Source: an uncultured Candidatus Bathyarchaeia archaeon (GTDB lineage Archaea > Thermoproteota > Bathyarchaeia > Bathyarchaeales > DTEX01). From it: 61,211 nt of DNA. Position 1 is the first letter of the stretch. Each line of letters begins with the position of its first letter. Location of the stretch: the NCBI GenBank assembly GCA_964600125.1, contig CAZRIK010000001.1:5412-66622 (forward strand), written 5' to 3'. This document shows positions 8,010 to 16,556 of this stretch, piece by piece. The notes beneath the pieces were generated by a model. It did no database searches. It had not been told where the DNA came from and saw only the letters and a list, made by a program, of their open reading frames with translations. Both the position numbers and the translations under genes were made by a program.

Positions 8010-8465
8010 GTGAGCAACTTTTTCGATTTAACTAGAGAAGAGCGTGTCGTGAATCAATACACAGGCGTGGAAATATCTCACACAAAAAAGTTTACCAACC
8101 TCATCACAAACCTTGCAAAGACTAAACCAAAACATCCACTAATCCTCCTGTCTCAACAGAAACCTGAGACAATGAAGAGCGTGTTGCAAGATGAGGTGAA
8201 CGCATTATATAAGCAGATGAATAGATATAACTTGGGTATGTCAGACAGAGGTGAGCTTGTTGATCTTGAATCCTCGAAGCTCGTACATACAAACCACTTG
8301 ATGTGCCTACTGAAAAAAGACCACAGAAGTGAGCTATTCGACACATCAAAGCTCTACGAATGGTTGGTCATTGCTGCTATTGAAGGATATCAATTGGCTG
8401 TTCGTTCTCCAAATCTTCCTGCATCTGAGAGACAGGAGTTTGAAGTCGTGAACGAATATCTTTGA
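8010..8465 (+). CDS. Hypothetical protein (151 aa)
   Basis: ACAGGAGAAATAAG motif RBS, GTG start at 8010. The last ~89 nt overlap a convergent minus-strand ORF. Confidence 0.65.
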   Translation: MSNFFDLTREERVVNQYTGVEISHTKKFTNLITNLAKTKPKHPLILLSQQKPETMKSVLQDEVNALYKQMNRYNLGMSDRGELVDLESSKLVHTNHLMCLLKKDHRSELFDTSKLYEWLVIAAIEGYQLAVRSPNLPASERQEFEVVNEYL

Positions 8466-8694
8466 CACACGCTTCAACCATACTGGAAGAATATTTGTCG
8501 AGCTGAAACTGAATAGACTTACCTGCATCCTGTGTACGCACAAGAAGCAACAACCCACCATTGTTTTCCTCGGTTGGGTGTTGCCAATGACCCACATAGG
8601 CAGCGTCCACGGGGATAGGTTTGATGTCTTCGTAAGTGGCTTCGACCCACTCCAAGGTTTCTTTGACTCTGACCATAAATTCTTCTTCGTTCAT
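8377..8694 (-). CDS. Hypothetical protein (105 aa)
   Basis: The ATG overlaps the stop of the upstream minus-strand gene (8691-8694). Last gene of the minus block. Confidence 0.55.
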   Translation of the reverse strand: MNEEEFMVRVKETLEWVEATYEDIKPIPVDAAYVGHWQHPTEENNGGLLLLVRTQDAGKSIQFQLDKYSSSMVEACVKDIRSRLQTPVSQMQEDLENEQPIDILQ

Positions 8695-9094
8695 GTACTC
8701 ACCTCCGCACTACTGCCTGTTGCCTTCACATAATCTTTCAATATTTCTTTTCGTACCGTCGGCCCACACTCACCGGAAAGGATCTTCTCCGCGTAGTATT
8801 GGCGGTGCTCCTCTGGAAGCACGCTATTGAAACCACCACCTTTATCATCCTGCAGGCCCGCAACCATGAGGCATAGGGGATCATCAAGCACACCAAATTT
8901 TTGGATGCGGCCTTGACCATCCACACGGTCATTCAAAGAGACGCCCTTGTTGGTCATGAGCACATCCGTCCAGTTGCCGTAGTACGTCTCCACATCAGAT
9001 CCACAAGAGAGACAGGAAGATAGATGGCCAATGTAGTCAGGGGTGATGTCGCCACAGGAGAGGCATCGGTAATCGTGTTTGGGTTGGCTCACAG
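8691..9094 (-). CDS. Zinc-ribbon protein (134 aa)
   Basis: GTG at 9094 preceded by AAGGAAGGGAG, just after the upstream stop (track ORF extends to 9155). Contains CLSCG..(14)..CLSCG. Confidence 0.6.
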
Positions 9095-9096
9095 GT

Positions 9097-9306
9097 CTAC
9101 TCCCTTCCTTGGAGAGAGGTGTGCATACTTGTGTACTGTTGGGAGGTTTCCGCATTACTTTTCAAGTAGTTATCAATCATTGCCGTAAGATTATTTATTT
9201 CCGTGAGCAACTCATCACGCTCTTTTTCATACTTATCCTGCAACTTCACCAGCTTTTCTGTATGAAAATCCCTCGAATACCTAAGTGCCTGAATAGTGGT
9301 CATCAT
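9097..9306 (-). CDS. Hypothetical coiled-coil protein (69 aa)
   Basis: ACAGGAGGATAA RBS upstream of the ATG at 9306. Helical, charged sequence. Confidence 0.55.
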   Translation of the reverse strand: MMTTIQALRYSRDFHTEKLVKLQDKYEKERDELLTEINNLTAMIDNYLKSNAETSQQYTSMHTSLQGRE

Positions 9307-9309
9307 ACT

Positions 9310-10275
9310 TTATCCTCCTGTTTCTTCAGAGCTATGGATATTTGAGACAGGAGAATAAGAGACTCCCATGCCATACCCACGCAAGGTTTCAGGATACATA
9401 TTTGCACGGCTGGTGGCAAACTCATAGGAGTAATTCTCACACCCATCCATCTCACCACAAATTGTCTGAAACGGACAATATTTACAACCATCCCATGCAG
9501 GCGTACCAAAGATATCCACCCATGTAGGTCGTACTGGCATCATTTCTTGAGCTACCCACGACTCATCCATCAGTTCCATACCTTTGTGGAAGCCTGATTC
9601 AGTGATGATTGTCTTGACGCCATCACAATAAAGGTCATCACCTACCAATTCCAACTCCATAACATTTATGCCTGGTTCAAATGCAAGCTTTTGTTTGGTC
9701 TTGAAATCGTAGTTACTGAACCATACGGGCAGCCCATAAAGTACACTACCAATCTTTGTCTTGTGGTAAATCATTTGAGTGAGGCACTGCAACACAGCCC
9801 CAAGCTTTGGCTTACTCTGGTGAAATGCTGCACTGGCAGTATTAAAAGATTGTACGGATTTCATTTCTACGGGATATATTTTCCCTGTCGCATGGTTGGT
9901 AACATACAAGTCAGGTCGTGCAGTAAGCCCTATACCACCTGCTACAACAGGAGGAAAAATAGCCTGAGCTTGTTCTTCTTCTGTCCAAGTAATATTTACA
10001 TCAGACTTAACCAACATCTGCTTGATCACTTCCTCAAGTGCTCTACCAGTTGCCCAAGACACAAGTGATTTGATGGTTGGACGTTCTTGGATACCAAGTG
10101 CACGAAAGGCAGATGTGCGAGGACAGTGTGAGGAATCATCAGCAATGAACACACTATTTTTAATAGAAAATTGAGTAACGTTCGCACCACGAAAGGCAAG
10201 TAGTTCAGGTTGAGGGTCAAATTCCCCTACCATCTTTTCCACACCAGACAGGAGAATTAGATCTAAATCTTTCAT
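9310..10275 (-). CDS. PD-(D/E)XK nuclease, Cas4/RecB-like with Fe-S cysteines
   Basis: N-terminal Cys (DSSHCPR), D...EMK core (RPDLYV...VEMKSVQ), and C-terminal CKYCPFQTIC cluster. This matches the Cas4/DUF2800-type phage exonuclease architecture. Confidence 0.8.
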   Translation of the reverse strand: MKDLDLILLSGVEKMVGEFDPQPELLAFRGANVTQFSIKNSVFIADDSSHCPRTSAFRALGIQERPTIKSLVSWATGRALEEVIKQMLVKSDVNITWTEEEQAQAIFPPVVAGGIGLTARPDLYVTNHATGKIYPVEMKSVQSFNTASAAFHQSKPKLGAVLQCLTQMIYHKTKIGSVLYGLPVWFSNYDFKTKQKLAFEPGINVMELELVGDDLYCDGVKTIITESGFHKGMELMDESWVAQEMMPVRPTWVDIFGTPAWDGCKYCPFQTICGEMDGCENYSYEFATSRANMYPETLRGYGMGVSYSPVSNIHSSEETGG

Positions 10276-10607
10276 GGATGTTTCTCCTGATACTCACTCT
10301 CGGTAATCATATGGGCAGCATATACAGACAAATTAGAGTCAGTCTGTGAAGCCACTGCAAGGGCAAGTTCATAACTCCAAAACAATGTATCCTCTACCAC
10401 GAACATATATACAGGAGGATTACCATATTTCTCCTGTTCTTCCTCATCAGTATATACATCCTCTTCTTCATTTTCTTCTTGAGGAGACAGGAGAGTTGAT
10501 GTACTTACTTTTTCCTTTAGGGATAAGTTTTCCACCACTATCCTTGACAATTCCTCGAACATTTCTTCTAAATGCTCGTGCATCAGTTGCTCTTTTTCTT
10601 TTTGCAT
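10272..10607 (-). CDS. Acidic hypothetical protein (start uncertain; ORF open to 10673)
   Basis: Helical then Glu/Asp-rich sequence. The stop overlaps the nuclease start. The N-terminal part overlaps ORF 10468-10998 in another frame. Confidence 0.45.
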   Translation of the reverse strand: MQKEKEQLMHEHLEEMFEELSRIVVENLSLKEKVSTSTLLSPQEENEEEDVYTDEEEQEKYGNPPVYMFVVEDTLFWSYELALAVASQTDSNLSVYAAHMITESEYQEKHP

Positions 10608-10998
10608 CTTCAACTTTAACCCTAATACATTCACTGGTATCATCACTACTATCTCCTTCACTATTTCTAACAACTACACTTCTATTTCTATAAACCATCT
10701 CATACATATATATACAAACCGTATGCTCATCCCTTGGACTCAACCCATAGACTGCCCCTGCTGGTGACATGGACTCATCCTTACGACACAGGAGCCAAAC
10801 CTTCGCAAAGAATACAACGCCTCTGTCGAAGGAAGTAAGGCTGGAGGTATCGGAAGTAGCTGCACCCTCTTCATTGCCGTTCCTTGAGGCTCTAAACGCT
10901 ATTTGGAACCCTCTGGTGAACTCCTTGGCAACCTGACCATCGTGAAACCGTAACTTGAACCAAGGATACCTTCGACCTTGTGAGCGAATTTCTGTCAC
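10468..10998 (-). CDS. Hypothetical protein (176 aa), first gene of the minus block
   Basis: GTG start at 10998. The N-terminal ~110 aa look protein-like. The C-terminal basic tail overlaps the next ORF. Confidence 0.45.
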   Translation of the reverse strand: MTEIRSQGRRYPWFKLRFHDGQVAKEFTRGFQIAFRASRNGNEEGAATSDTSSLTSFDRGVVFFAKVWLLCRKDESMSPAGAVYGLSPRDEHTVCIYMYEMVYRNRSVVVRNSEGDSSDDTSECIRVKVEDAKRKRATDARAFRRNVRGIVKDSGGKLIPKGKSKYINSPVSSRRK

Positions 10999-11121
10999 AG
11001 TGTGCTCCTGCGTAAGTAAACTTTATTATTCAATCCGTTGAATAGGGGGAAATGTAGGTGACAGGGAAAATAAGGTCAAGGTGTACGAGGAGATTTTGAC
11101 GGTATGTGAGGCACTTTGTGG

Positions 11122-11157
11122 GAGACAGGAGGAATATGGCTATTTACCTTCCTGTTT
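11122..11157. promoter_or_regulatory. Conserved intergenic element, copy 1 (GAGACAGGAGGAATATGGCTATTTACCTTCCTGTTT)
   Basis: Near-identical block recurs at 55658-55694. It contains an inverted pair of the ACAGG/CCTGT motif. Confidence 0.6.
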
Positions 11158-11278
11158 CGTTGACTATGTCCATGGGTATGTTTTGTGTGGGTAAGAAGGG
11201 TACGCTCGCTTGCGCTCGCTAGGAGGAAACAGGAGGATTATGGGGTGTTATTGTTGGGGTTTTTGCTTTTAATGGGAT

Positions 11279-11355
11279 GGGGCTTTACAAAACAAAACCG
11301 GCTCTATATATAAGATACTGAGAATACCGTTTTGGGTTTGTTTTGTAAAGTCCCC
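11279..11355. repeat. Long imperfect inverted repeat around an AT-rich core
   Basis: Arms are GGGGCTTTACAAAACAAAACC (11279-11299) and GGTTTGTTTTGTAAAGTCCCC (11335-11355). The core contains TATATATAAG. Lies 20 nt upstream of gene 11375. Confidence 0.7.
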
Positions 11356-11374
11356 CAAAACGGTTGGAACCCTA

Positions 11375-12382
11375 GTGAAAGGATTCATCGTGGATGATAC
11401 TGGAGAGGTAAAATTTTTACAAGGATTACGTGATTTTTGTGCTGGTCAATGGATAATATACGAAAATCCTGAGCCAAGTAGTTTTTGTAGTGAACAAGAT
11501 CTAAACAATTGGTCTATTGTTCAAGCCCATCGGAATGGGGAAGGGTTTGAGGCTTTTGTCCAGTTTTGTCGCACATCCACAAGAGAGTTCCACGAATCTG
11601 TAAATCGTTTGAAGATGGTACAGACAAAATCAATACTAATGCAATTTATTGATAGTAAGTTTTCGATTGGTATAAAGACAATTGATACTGAGGCAATGAA
11701 AAAATCAATAAGAAAAAAAGATGAAGACTCAGAACTGATAAGAAACATAAAGATATCTGTTCAAGCACAGATACATGATACAGGTACCTCATATGGATTT
11801 TTTCCAAATTTACGTATGACATATGATATGTTACTAGCCATTGGTTTGATAAAAATATCAAATAAAATACAAAGAGGGACAGGAGAATTAGTATCCTATT
11901 TCCCCTGTCTTCCTATTTCACTTTTTCGTAAATTATTTCATTTATATGAGGATAAGATACCAAAAGAAAGATTAAACAACTTTGGAATTTTTGTTGAGTT
12001 TTCAGGGTACTCATATCTGTTCTTTAAAGATAGAGATTACCCTCCAATAAAAGTTAGAGGCGGTAGAAAATCAAATCATAATTTATTAAAAATATTAAAA
12101 GAAAAGAAAGTGAGATATTTATTCCAACCTTGTGATCATGTTGTTGCAGTTGATTTTGATATTTATGAGGCCAGTGTTTTAGATGAGTTGATTCAAAGAA
12201 GAGATAATTTATCAAAATCAAAAAGAAAATCTCACAGACTGCATAAAGATGCTCAAACATTCCCTCACCCAGAAAACCCCACCCAAACAATTACTGCCAA
12301 TGAATATGCGAAACTAAAAGGTATCTCAAGACCTACTGCATATGCTAGGTTGAGAAAATCACAGGAGTCCAACACCTCATGA
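11375..12382 (+). CDS. Putative DNA-binding protein with C-terminal HTH (paralogue of 55925-56875)
   Basis: 335-aa ORF (an in-frame GTG at 11390 has the better RBS, AAAGGA). The C-terminus TITANEYAKLKGISRPTAYARLRK is HTH-like. Confidence 0.65.
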   Translation: MKGFIVDDTGEVKFLQGLRDFCAGQWIIYENPEPSSFCSEQDLNNWSIVQAHRNGEGFEAFVQFCRTSTREFHESVNRLKMVQTKSILMQFIDSKFSIGIKTIDTEAMKKSIRKKDEDSELIRNIKISVQAQIHDTGTSYGFFPNLRMTYDMLLAIGLIKISNKIQRGTGELVSYFPCLPISLFRKLFHLYEDKIPKERLNNFGIFVEFSGYSYLFFKDRDYPPIKVRGGRKSNHNLLKILKEKKVRYLFQPCDHVVAVDFDIYEASVLDELIQRRDNLSKSKRKSHRLHKDAQTFPHPENPTQTITANEYAKLKGISRPTAYARLRKSQESNTS

Positions 12383-12457
12383 AAAACTAACCCATATTTC
12401 CCCTGTTTCTCTAGTAAATGTGTGAATGTATGTACAACATGAAAGGAACTTTTCGAT

Positions 12458-12784
12458 ATGAGTGAGAGTAAAATACTGACGTTTGGTGAGCTATGTGAAG
12501 CTATAATTGAAAACCAAGATATTGAAGTACAGTCGCCGCTGTTTAGTGACAAATGGATACCGTCTATATTTATAGACGATACGGAATTAGGGTGGATATA
12601 TCTACAGTTTAAGAGAAGCAAATACCGTATCAAGCCAGCCCCCATTAAAACCTACCAGTGGCTGATAAAAGATCCAGGGCATGGCTTTTTTATCACTGCA
12701 AACTGGCACACAAGAGAACAGGCAGAAAGGCAATTTGGCTTTTATTTAGCTGAGCCGTATTTACCGAGTGAGAGGGCATTATGA
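12458..12784 (+). CDS. Hypothetical protein (108 aa)
   Basis: AAAGGAA upstream of the ATG. The stop overlaps the next start. Confidence 0.65.
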   Translation: MSESKILTFGELCEAIIENQDIEVQSPLFSDKWIPSIFIDDTELGWIYLQFKRSKYRIKPAPIKTYQWLIKDPGHGFFITANWHTREQAERQFGFYLAEPYLPSERAL

Positions 12785-13134
12785 CTAGAGAATTTCAAGT
12801 AGGCGAAAAGGTTTTTTCAACGACGTACGGTATTTTAGAAGTTATCGAGGTCGGCTCTGGCAATGTATTTACAGGGCTAAATCCTCGATGTATGTTTACA
12901 CTGGACGGAAAAGTTAATTACAAGTGTAAATACCCAGGCATTTACCACCTCGATGAAGCACTAAAACTTTTCCCGCAGTGGCTTGAGGAAGTGGAGGAGG
13001 AAATAGTCGAAGTTATGTGCCTGAATATGGAAAATCCTCCTATACATAAAATCTGGTCCCATTCGGAAACAGCAAAAACACCTAGAGAACCAGCTATGGT
13101 TGTCTATGAAATACCTGATATTAAACATGAATAA
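12781..13134 (+). CDS. Hypothetical protein (117 aa)
   Basis: ATGA overlap with the upstream gene. Confidence 0.65.
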   Translation: MTREFQVGEKVFSTTYGILEVIEVGSGNVFTGLNPRCMFTLDGKVNYKCKYPGIYHLDEALKLFPQWLEEVEEEIVEVMCLNMENPPIHKIWSHSETAKTPREPAMVVYEIPDIKHE

Positions 13135-13334
13135 TGGGAGTTTTGGGAGTGAGCGAAATAATCAATGATGAAATGAATAGATCAATTATTAATAGGGTTG
13201 TTTCTCTTGCGAACGCTGCTAAAAAACTTAAAGAAATGCCGGTTGCTGAATTCGTTGAAAGACTTGATTCGGTAGAAACTCCTAATAGCGAATCTTATGC
13301 TGGAATCGAGAGATTCATAAAAGAAGGAATGTAA
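13134..13334 (+). CDS. Hypothetical protein (66 aa)
   Basis: Start overlaps the upstream stop by 1 nt. Confidence 0.55.
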   Translation: MGVLGVSEIINDEMNRSIINRVVSLANAAKKLKEMPVAEFVERLDSVETPNSESYAGIERFIKEGM

Positions 13335-13532
13335 ATGAGAGAAAAAGACGCTGAATGGGTGGAAGAAAATAGATCATTTGCTAACGATTCGTTAGACAGA
13401 CTAGACTCTATTTTAAAATTAGACGAAATAGAACAAGAGTTCGCAGCATTGCAGGCTGAGAATGAACATTTAAAAAATTATATAAATTCCATGCAGCGTA
13501 ATCCTGCACACTATGGCCGTATTGGGAGTTAA
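13335..13532 (+). CDS. Hypothetical coiled-coil protein (65 aa)
   Basis: ATG immediately after the upstream TAA. Confidence 0.55.
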   Translation: MREKDAEWVEENRSFANDSLDRLDSILKLDEIEQEFAALQAENEHLKNYINSMQRNPAHYGRIGS

Positions 13533-13535
13533 CAA

Positions 13536-13709
13536 ATGAAATTCTACGTAGCTCTCTGGGTACTAGACATATCACCCACAGGAACAGTAATCGAATCTCC
13601 TATAGCTGCTTTGGAAAAAACAGACCTAGGAATCGAAATATATACAAAAACCACTAAACAATACTTGAGCGATTTACTCACATCAGAAGGATGGGAACCA
13701 ACCAAATGA
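13536..13709 (+). CDS. Small hypothetical protein (57 aa, below the ORF-track cutoff)
   Basis: Hand-translated as MKFYVALWVLDISPTGTV...SEGWEPTK. The stop forms an ATGA overlap with the ATG at 13706. Confidence 0.4.
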   Translation: MKFYVALWVLDISPTGTVIESPIAALEKTDLGIEIYTKTTKQYLSDLLTSEGWEPTK

Positions 13710-14431
13710 CTGTCGAATTTATCACCGAACCATCAGTACGACTCATTAGCCTTACTTCTCCTGTTTCCTTCAATCCAAAGGTAAAGACAGCAGAAGACTT
13801 GATCACCTACTGTGCACGTGTCTCCTCACCTGATCGTGATGAGCACAAAGACCCAAGCAAGCTCCTTGAATACTGCGTGAAGCACAAGCACTGGAGCATC
13901 TTTGAACAGGCGAGTATGACAATGGAAATTACCTGTCCGTTGTTTGTGGCGACACAAATACTTCGTCACAGATCACATGTTTTTCAGATGCTGAGCCAGA
14001 GATATACTAACGCACCTAACAAATGTTTCCTCATAAATCACCGTATCGCACATCCAACCAATCGCCAACTCTCTGTTGAAACAGGGGAAATAGAGTCCAC
14101 TATCCTTTGGGAGAGTATGCAAAAACTATCCATAAACATCGCCTTCCAACAATACCACCAAGCTCTTGACGCTGGTGTTGCCAGAGAAGTGGCTCGCTCT
14201 ATTCTTCCTGTCTCCACAGCCACGACCCTGATGATGACTGGTAATGTACGCTCTTGGATTCACTTTCTGGAGGCCCGCTTATATGAAGGTGCACAGAAAG
14301 AAATCCGTGATGTAGCTGAGAAAGTACAGGAAATATTCATAGAAAACTTCCCAACTGTTTCAACAGCTCTGGGCTGGTACTTGACATCCAAAACCGACAC
14401 CGATAAAGTGGCCGAGTCACCAAACGACTAA
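13706..14431 (+). CDS. thyX: Flavin-dependent thymidylate synthase ThyX
   Basis: ThyX signature RHRSHVFQMLSQRY (RHRxxSxxxxSxR). Start chosen at the ATG at 13706 (ATGA coupling); the track ORF opens at 13691. Confidence 0.9.
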   Translation: MTVEFITEPSVRLISLTSPVSFNPKVKTAEDLITYCARVSSPDRDEHKDPSKLLEYCVKHKHWSIFEQASMTMEITCPLFVATQILRHRSHVFQMLSQRYTNAPNKCFLINHRIAHPTNRQLSVETGEIESTILWESMQKLSINIAFQQYHQALDAGVAREVARSILPVSTATTLMMTGNVRSWIHFLEARLYEGAQKEIRDVAEKVQEIFIENFPTVSTALGWYLTSKTDTDKVAESPND

Positions 14432-14454
14432 TTGAATTTTTGGGAATATAAACT

Positions 14455-14811
14455 GTGGACAAGCTTGAAGTATCCCGTTTCTTTTTCGCACTGACCTTCA
14501 AGGACTATGGTCTTTGGCAGGGACAGGAAGTAGATTACTCCCTAATTCCCCTGTCTTTCACAGGTAAACAGATGGGAGATATTCTACGGCGAGTAAAACT
14601 TTCAAATTACGTCGGATGGGAGAAATTCTGTCATGACAAGTACAACAGGAAGGTAATGGTTGAGATTTGCGGTAAGGGCCTGCCCGATGAAATCGTGGAA
14701 GCTACTATTGCCGTCCTGTTGGAATACCAATCCGAGTTCGATAGATGGAAAAACGCACAAGCGAAACTAATCATTCGCAGAAAGGAACCTAGAGATGGCG
14801 ATCTCATTTAA
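14455..14811 (+). CDS. Hypothetical protein (118 aa)
   Basis: GTG-start ORF with a weak RBS. Its stop overlaps the next gene. Confidence 0.5.
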   Translation: MDKLEVSRFFFALTFKDYGLWQGQEVDYSLIPLSFTGKQMGDILRRVKLSNYVGWEKFCHDKYNRKVMVEICGKGLPDEIVEATIAVLLEYQSEFDRWKNAQAKLIIRRKEPRDGDLI

Positions 14812-15646
14812 AGACCTGAAGAAGGCATCGAAAAGTACAGTAGCACCTGTGCCTTTTTGTATACTTATTGGCCCTAGAAGTGCTGGCAAGTCGTCTGTAT
14901 TTGGAACAAGTTCCAAGTCAATTATCCTCATCACCACATCCAGCGAAAGCCATGGCATCAATGCTGCCCGTACTGCTGCTGTTCGTGCTGGCCACGGGGA
15001 TACGATTGTGGAGTATTTCATTGACCGAGACGACGAAGGTAAAGACATTGTCAGTGCCGACCTCCAACTAGCACGTCTAACTTCCCTGTTGGACTTTCTG
15101 GTTGCTTCTCCTGATACCGCCAAGGAGATAGGTAGTGTGGCATTTGATTCCCTGTCTTCTTTGGATAAGGTCATCTGCCGTTCCAAGGACGTACTGACGG
15201 CCAACACCTATGAGAAAAATAAGGTGATCATATCCAAGGCCCTGGACGTGGTTGCGAAACTTCGTTCAGTTCATGCCAAAGGTGTGGGCGTGTTTTGTAC
15301 CTGTGCTGCAAGTAGTGAAGCAGATCCAAACAGTGCAGCGCATACCCGTGTGACTCCTGTTTTAGGTTCCTACGGCTTGGTCAATGAACTGATTGGCGCA
15401 TTCGACGACGTGCTCATCATCGGCCCTGTCAACATGACAGACGACGAAGGCAAGGACGTGAAGGAATACGTATTCCAAACTGGTGGACAGATCGAACGTT
15501 CGGGCAAGACCTTCACCGGTCAACCACGCTCTCTCTCATTCAGTCCACGTATCACAGGTATCATGAGTGATGAGCTACCAATGTACATACCAGCAAATAT
15601 AGATCAACTGTTCGAGTTGAAGTCTTCCATCAACGGCACCAAATAA
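14795..15646 (+). CDS. RecA-like P-loop ATPase (Sak4 / AAA_24-type)
   Basis: Walker A ILIGPRSAGKSS, Walker B-like VAFDSLSSL. Size and position next to the polymerase are typical of phage Sak4-like recombination ATPases. Confidence 0.6.
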   Translation: MAISFKDLKKASKSTVAPVPFCILIGPRSAGKSSVFGTSSKSIILITTSSESHGINAARTAAVRAGHGDTIVEYFIDRDDEGKDIVSADLQLARLTSLLDFLVASPDTAKEIGSVAFDSLSSLDKVICRSKDVLTANTYEKNKVIISKALDVVAKLRSVHAKGVGVFCTCAASSEADPNSAAHTRVTPVLGSYGLVNELIGAFDDVLIIGPVNMTDDEGKDVKEYVFQTGGQIERSGKTFTGQPRSLSFSPRITGIMSDELPMYIPANIDQLFELKSSINGTK

Positions 15647-15657
15647 GGAGAAATGCC

Positions 15658-16446
15658 ATGGGAATGTTTGATAGTTATAAAGCGGATTTTGAACCAGTAT
15701 CAGAGGCTACACTTGCAGAGATCAACAAAAAGATGGTTGCTCGTATGGGTGAGGGCGTACATAGCGTTATGTTGAAAGGCTTTGGCGAGCAGAAACAAGA
15801 TGATGGTAGTTTACATATCTTCAAGATGAGTAAAGAAGATGTAAATTGGGGTATGATTAAGCCTATCTTTATCAATGCAGCAGGAGAAGAACACTCTGCT
15901 ATTGTTATGTTTCCTCTAGGCAATAACGACGTTTCCAGAATTATGTATAAAGGCGAAAAGAAAGCCTTTATGTGTAAGAACATCTCAACTATTTGTGATG
16001 CAATTGCCGTCGGTATCGATAAACTTCAGACAGCAGTTACCAGTTCCGATGCCAAAGCATTGAATGAATTGATTGGCATGACTTTGCAATTGAACTTGCA
16101 GTGGAAGAAAAACACTTCACATCTTCAGTATAGTGCTGAAGAAAAAGTAAGCTACCTTATGGACGACCACAACAACATCGTTTGTGCCGAACCATTTATC
16201 ATTCCTAAAGAAGGTAAATTCGAGGACAAATATTCAGAAGTAATCACCACAGCAGCAACCTACAATAAACCTTTCAACAATAACATCGAGTGTACCATAT
16301 CCATGGATGACCAAGACAACACAGGTTATGGATTGAAAATTGTAGAGTTTGCAAAGCCAAAACCAAAACCTACATTGTCTTCTTTCGCAGCTTTGAAGAA
16401 GGCTCCTTTGGCAAAAAAACCTGACCCAGTGGTTGACGCTGAGTAA
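15658..16446 (+). CDS. Hypothetical protein (262 aa); possible ssDNA-binding role from position only
   Basis: AAGGAGAAA RBS. Sits between the Sak4-like ATPase and the DNA polymerase. No motif recognised. Confidence 0.6.
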   Translation: MGMFDSYKADFEPVSEATLAEINKKMVARMGEGVHSVMLKGFGEQKQDDGSLHIFKMSKEDVNWGMIKPIFINAAGEEHSAIVMFPLGNNDVSRIMYKGEKKAFMCKNISTICDAIAVGIDKLQTAVTSSDAKALNELIGMTLQLNLQWKKNTSHLQYSAEEKVSYLMDDHNNIVCAEPFIIPKEGKFEDKYSEVITTAATYNKPFNNNIECTISMDDQDNTGYGLKIVEFAKPKPKPTLSSFAALKKAPLAKKPDPVVDAE

Positions 16447-16556
16447 AGGTTATGCTACCCTGAGTGTAATAACTCCTAAACAAAATGTGTATTTTTCAGC
16501 GTAAGTGATACTACCAAGCAAATACCACTTACGCTTTTTTCTTAGGAAAATCATCA

